A DNA stretch of 64,000 nt from Anaerovoracaceae bacterium. GTDB lineage: Bacteria > Bacillota > Clostridia > Peptostreptococcales > Anaerovoracaceae. This document shows positions 62,032 to 64,000 of the stretch, piece after piece. Under the pieces are notes generated by a model, which searched no databases, had not been told where the DNA came from, and saw only the letters and a list, made by a program, of their open reading frames with translations. The position numbers and the translations under genes were made by a program. The stretch spans positions 3,574 through 67,573 of the forward strand of contig CAXXKB010000003.1 of assembly GCA_963668245.2 (NCBI GenBank), in the 5' to 3' direction. Positions within the stretch are counted from its first letter, which is position 1. The number at the start of each line of letters is the position of its first letter.

Positions 62032-62134
62032 AGAAAAACTTCCCTTCTCAAACAAAAAAATGTAGCAAGGGAAGTTTCGAATCAGTAAACTTATCCGTAT
62101 TTACACGAATAGAAAATTATCGTATACTGAAATT

Positions 62135-62194
62135 GCGAAGTTAGAAACTTCCCCTACTCCTACTCCTAAGACAGGTGGGTAGGGGATTTTTTTT
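62135..62194 (+). ncRNA. Antisense copy-control RNA (RNAI-like)
   Basis: TTTACA(62100)-17 nt-TATACT(62123); terminator CCCCTAC...GTAGGGG-T8; complementary to the repA leader. Confidence 0.7.
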
Positions 62195-62400
62195 GTATTT
62201 TTTTATATTTTAACAAATTAAAAACTTTTAACAAATAAAAACTTTTTAATTGTTAAAAGTTTTTATTTGTTTTAGAAATTTAGAATTACTAAGGATAGTA
62301 TGGTGCTACTATTTATTAGATACTTGAGTTGACTTAAAGGTATCTCAAAAAAAAAAAACCTGTAAAGGCTTATTTTATCAAGGCTGTAAGCGTTTTTTGA

Positions 62401-62740
62401 TAGAATTGTAGATTTGTAGACTCGTCTACTTGTAGATGGGTAGATTTGTATATGAGTAGATTTGTAGACTCGTCTACTTGCGGATTTGGTCTGCTTTTGG
62501 TGGGTTGTTAAAAAGGCTTATAATACTATTAAATTGGGGTTTACATTAAATTCTTTTATTGATTAATTTTTATTTTGTATGTATATTTGTAGATTTGTAG
62601 ACGTGTAGATACGTATGTGTATCTACACGTCTACCTATCTACTTGTAGACGTGTAGATAGGTAGATAGGTAGACGGTTTTATTTTTAATATTTAGACAAG
62701 ACGAAATAGGTAAAATAGGGTATGAATGTACGGATGTAGA
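62401..62740. repeat. Centromere-like GTAGAT/GTAGAC repeat cluster 1
   Basis: Many direct and inverted GTAGATTTGTAGAC / TCTAC units. Confidence 0.7.
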
Positions 62741-62863
62741 CACGTATACATAAAAATGATGCGGGATTAGATTGAACGTTGAGGGGATGACATTTTTGAA
62801 ATTTTAAAGCTAAATTCCCGATAATTTATAATGAAGGGAAAATCCATTATAAATTATCGGGTT

Positions 62864-63235
62864 CTACAAACATTTTTTAATAGTTAGGAGAGCGCAGGTT
62901 AAAGGAGGAATTGGAAAGACAACTAATAGTGCGGGAGTCAGACATTTATGAATCAAAAAAATATCTAGAAACCCGCTCGAAAGTGCTTTTTTTGTCAATT
63001 CCACGCTCAATAATTGTCGTGACTCAATGAAATAAATAATAAAGGTATTTTCCTTATAGTTAAAAGTTTTGAAACCCAAATTCGCTGCTTCCTCCCATGT
63101 CACCTGAACTATTTGCGAAAACGGAAAAGAACGAAACATCAAGGTTGAAAAAATTGGCATTAAAATGGAAGCAATCTGATGGTTCAGGCAATCGATAGGA
63201 TATCCATCTCCAACTAAAACAGAATCAATGTCCAT
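62864..63235 (-). CDS. Hypothetical protein
   Basis: ORF only; no motif recognised. Confidence 0.35.
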   Translation of the reverse strand: MDIDSVLVGDGYPIDCLNHQIASILMPIFSTLMFRSFPFSQIVQVTWEEAANLGFKTFNYKENTFIIYFIESRQLLSVELTKKALSSGFLDIFLIHKCLTPALLVVFPIPPLTCALLTIKKCL

Positions 63236-63376
63236 GTACTCAGTTCATTCCCATTTTCTTCATGTGAACCATGTTGATTCACCCCATTTAGACCGAGTGA
63301 TCTCCTGATTGCTATTCGGTTGGCATGGTCTGGGATACGCCAATGACGAGGTTTTTTGTTTCCAAATCGGCTTATA

Positions 63377-63784
63377 TCAGCTCAAAAATGTATAGACGCT
63401 GGCTGTTGTCCCCCTGACCAGGGAAATGAGGACTGTGTCATGATGTTCATTCAACAAGACGGGTTGAGTCGTTAAGCCTTCCTCCTTCATTACGAATCCT
63501 TCGATTAATGCTCGGTTTTTCATACTGAACCCTAACATAAGAGGACCGAACAAGATGATTTCTATCTTTTCGTCAATTTTTACTACGTGATCCTCGTTGT
63601 GGGAGGTGCTTATTACCAGTAGATTCTCATTCCATTTTAAATGGTAAGGAATATAACCGAAAAGAGAAGTGGAACATTCATCTTCTTTTTTTTCTATAAA
63701 TTTCAAACGTAGGAGTATTTTAAAACAACTACAAAGGCGTATTTCATTAAACATGTAATCAGTCTTTACCTTTTTCGTAGACAC
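63377..63784 (-). CDS. Hypothetical protein
   Basis: ORF only; its start lies within the repeat cluster. Confidence 0.35.
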   Translation of the reverse strand: MSTKKVKTDYMFNEIRLCSCFKILLRLKFIEKKEDECSTSLFGYIPYHLKWNENLLVISTSHNEDHVVKIDEKIEIILFGPLMLGFSMKNRALIEGFVMKEEGLTTQPVLLNEHHDTVLISLVRGTTASVYTFLS

Positions 63785-63955
63785 ATCTACAAATCTACAC
63801 GTCTACATGTATATTTGTAGATGTAATCTGTTCTAAATGACTTATAATAATCGCCTGTATACTATTAATTGAGGCGTACGTTAGGTTATTTTTTTGAGAA
63901 CTATTAATTTAGAATGTATATGCGTCTACAAATCTACATGTAGATTTGTAGACTG
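63775..63955. repeat. Centromere-like GTAGAY repeat cluster 2
   Basis: TCTACAAATCTAC...GTAGATTTGTAGAC. Confidence 0.7.
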
Positions 63956-64000
63956 TTTTATTATTCGTACTTTGACAAGGAGATATAGTTAGGATATAGT

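Overview
A 64-kb segment of a low-GC Gram-positive conjugative plasmid with a RepA_N replicon; the host is probably Lactobacillales/Carnobacteriaceae-like (inference). Left to right: (1) a type I R-M locus (hsdR partial, hsdS, hsdM) preceded by a HEPN-motif gene and a methylase-TRD fusion with a degenerate catalytic motif; (2) a minus-strand run of small acidic, lipoprotein and nuclease genes; (3) resolvase-flanked cargo (MerR/SDR pair, beta-glucoside PTS operon with a GH1); (4) a type VI-A (Cas13a)-like CRISPR array of 11 perfect 36-nt repeats and 10 spacers, with no cas gene in the window, plus a 12th degenerate repeat 1 kb away. A complete secreted-protein gene lies between that repeat and the array, and its stop codon overlaps the repeat; (5) two diverged copies of a LexA-box/YolD/BRCT module, separated by an AAA ATPase, sugar-gene remnants, IS1380 remnants and a three-gene Lamassu/ABC-3C defence system; (6) RadC/JAB, GNAT and ArdC-like genes, a MobP2/MOB_L relaxase and a Gram-positive T4SS operon with several internal terminators and a long structured leader; (7) repA with intragenic iterons, a predicted antisense copy-control RNA and centromere-like GTAGAY repeats. 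All family assignments come from motif recognition by eye; no database searches were run.
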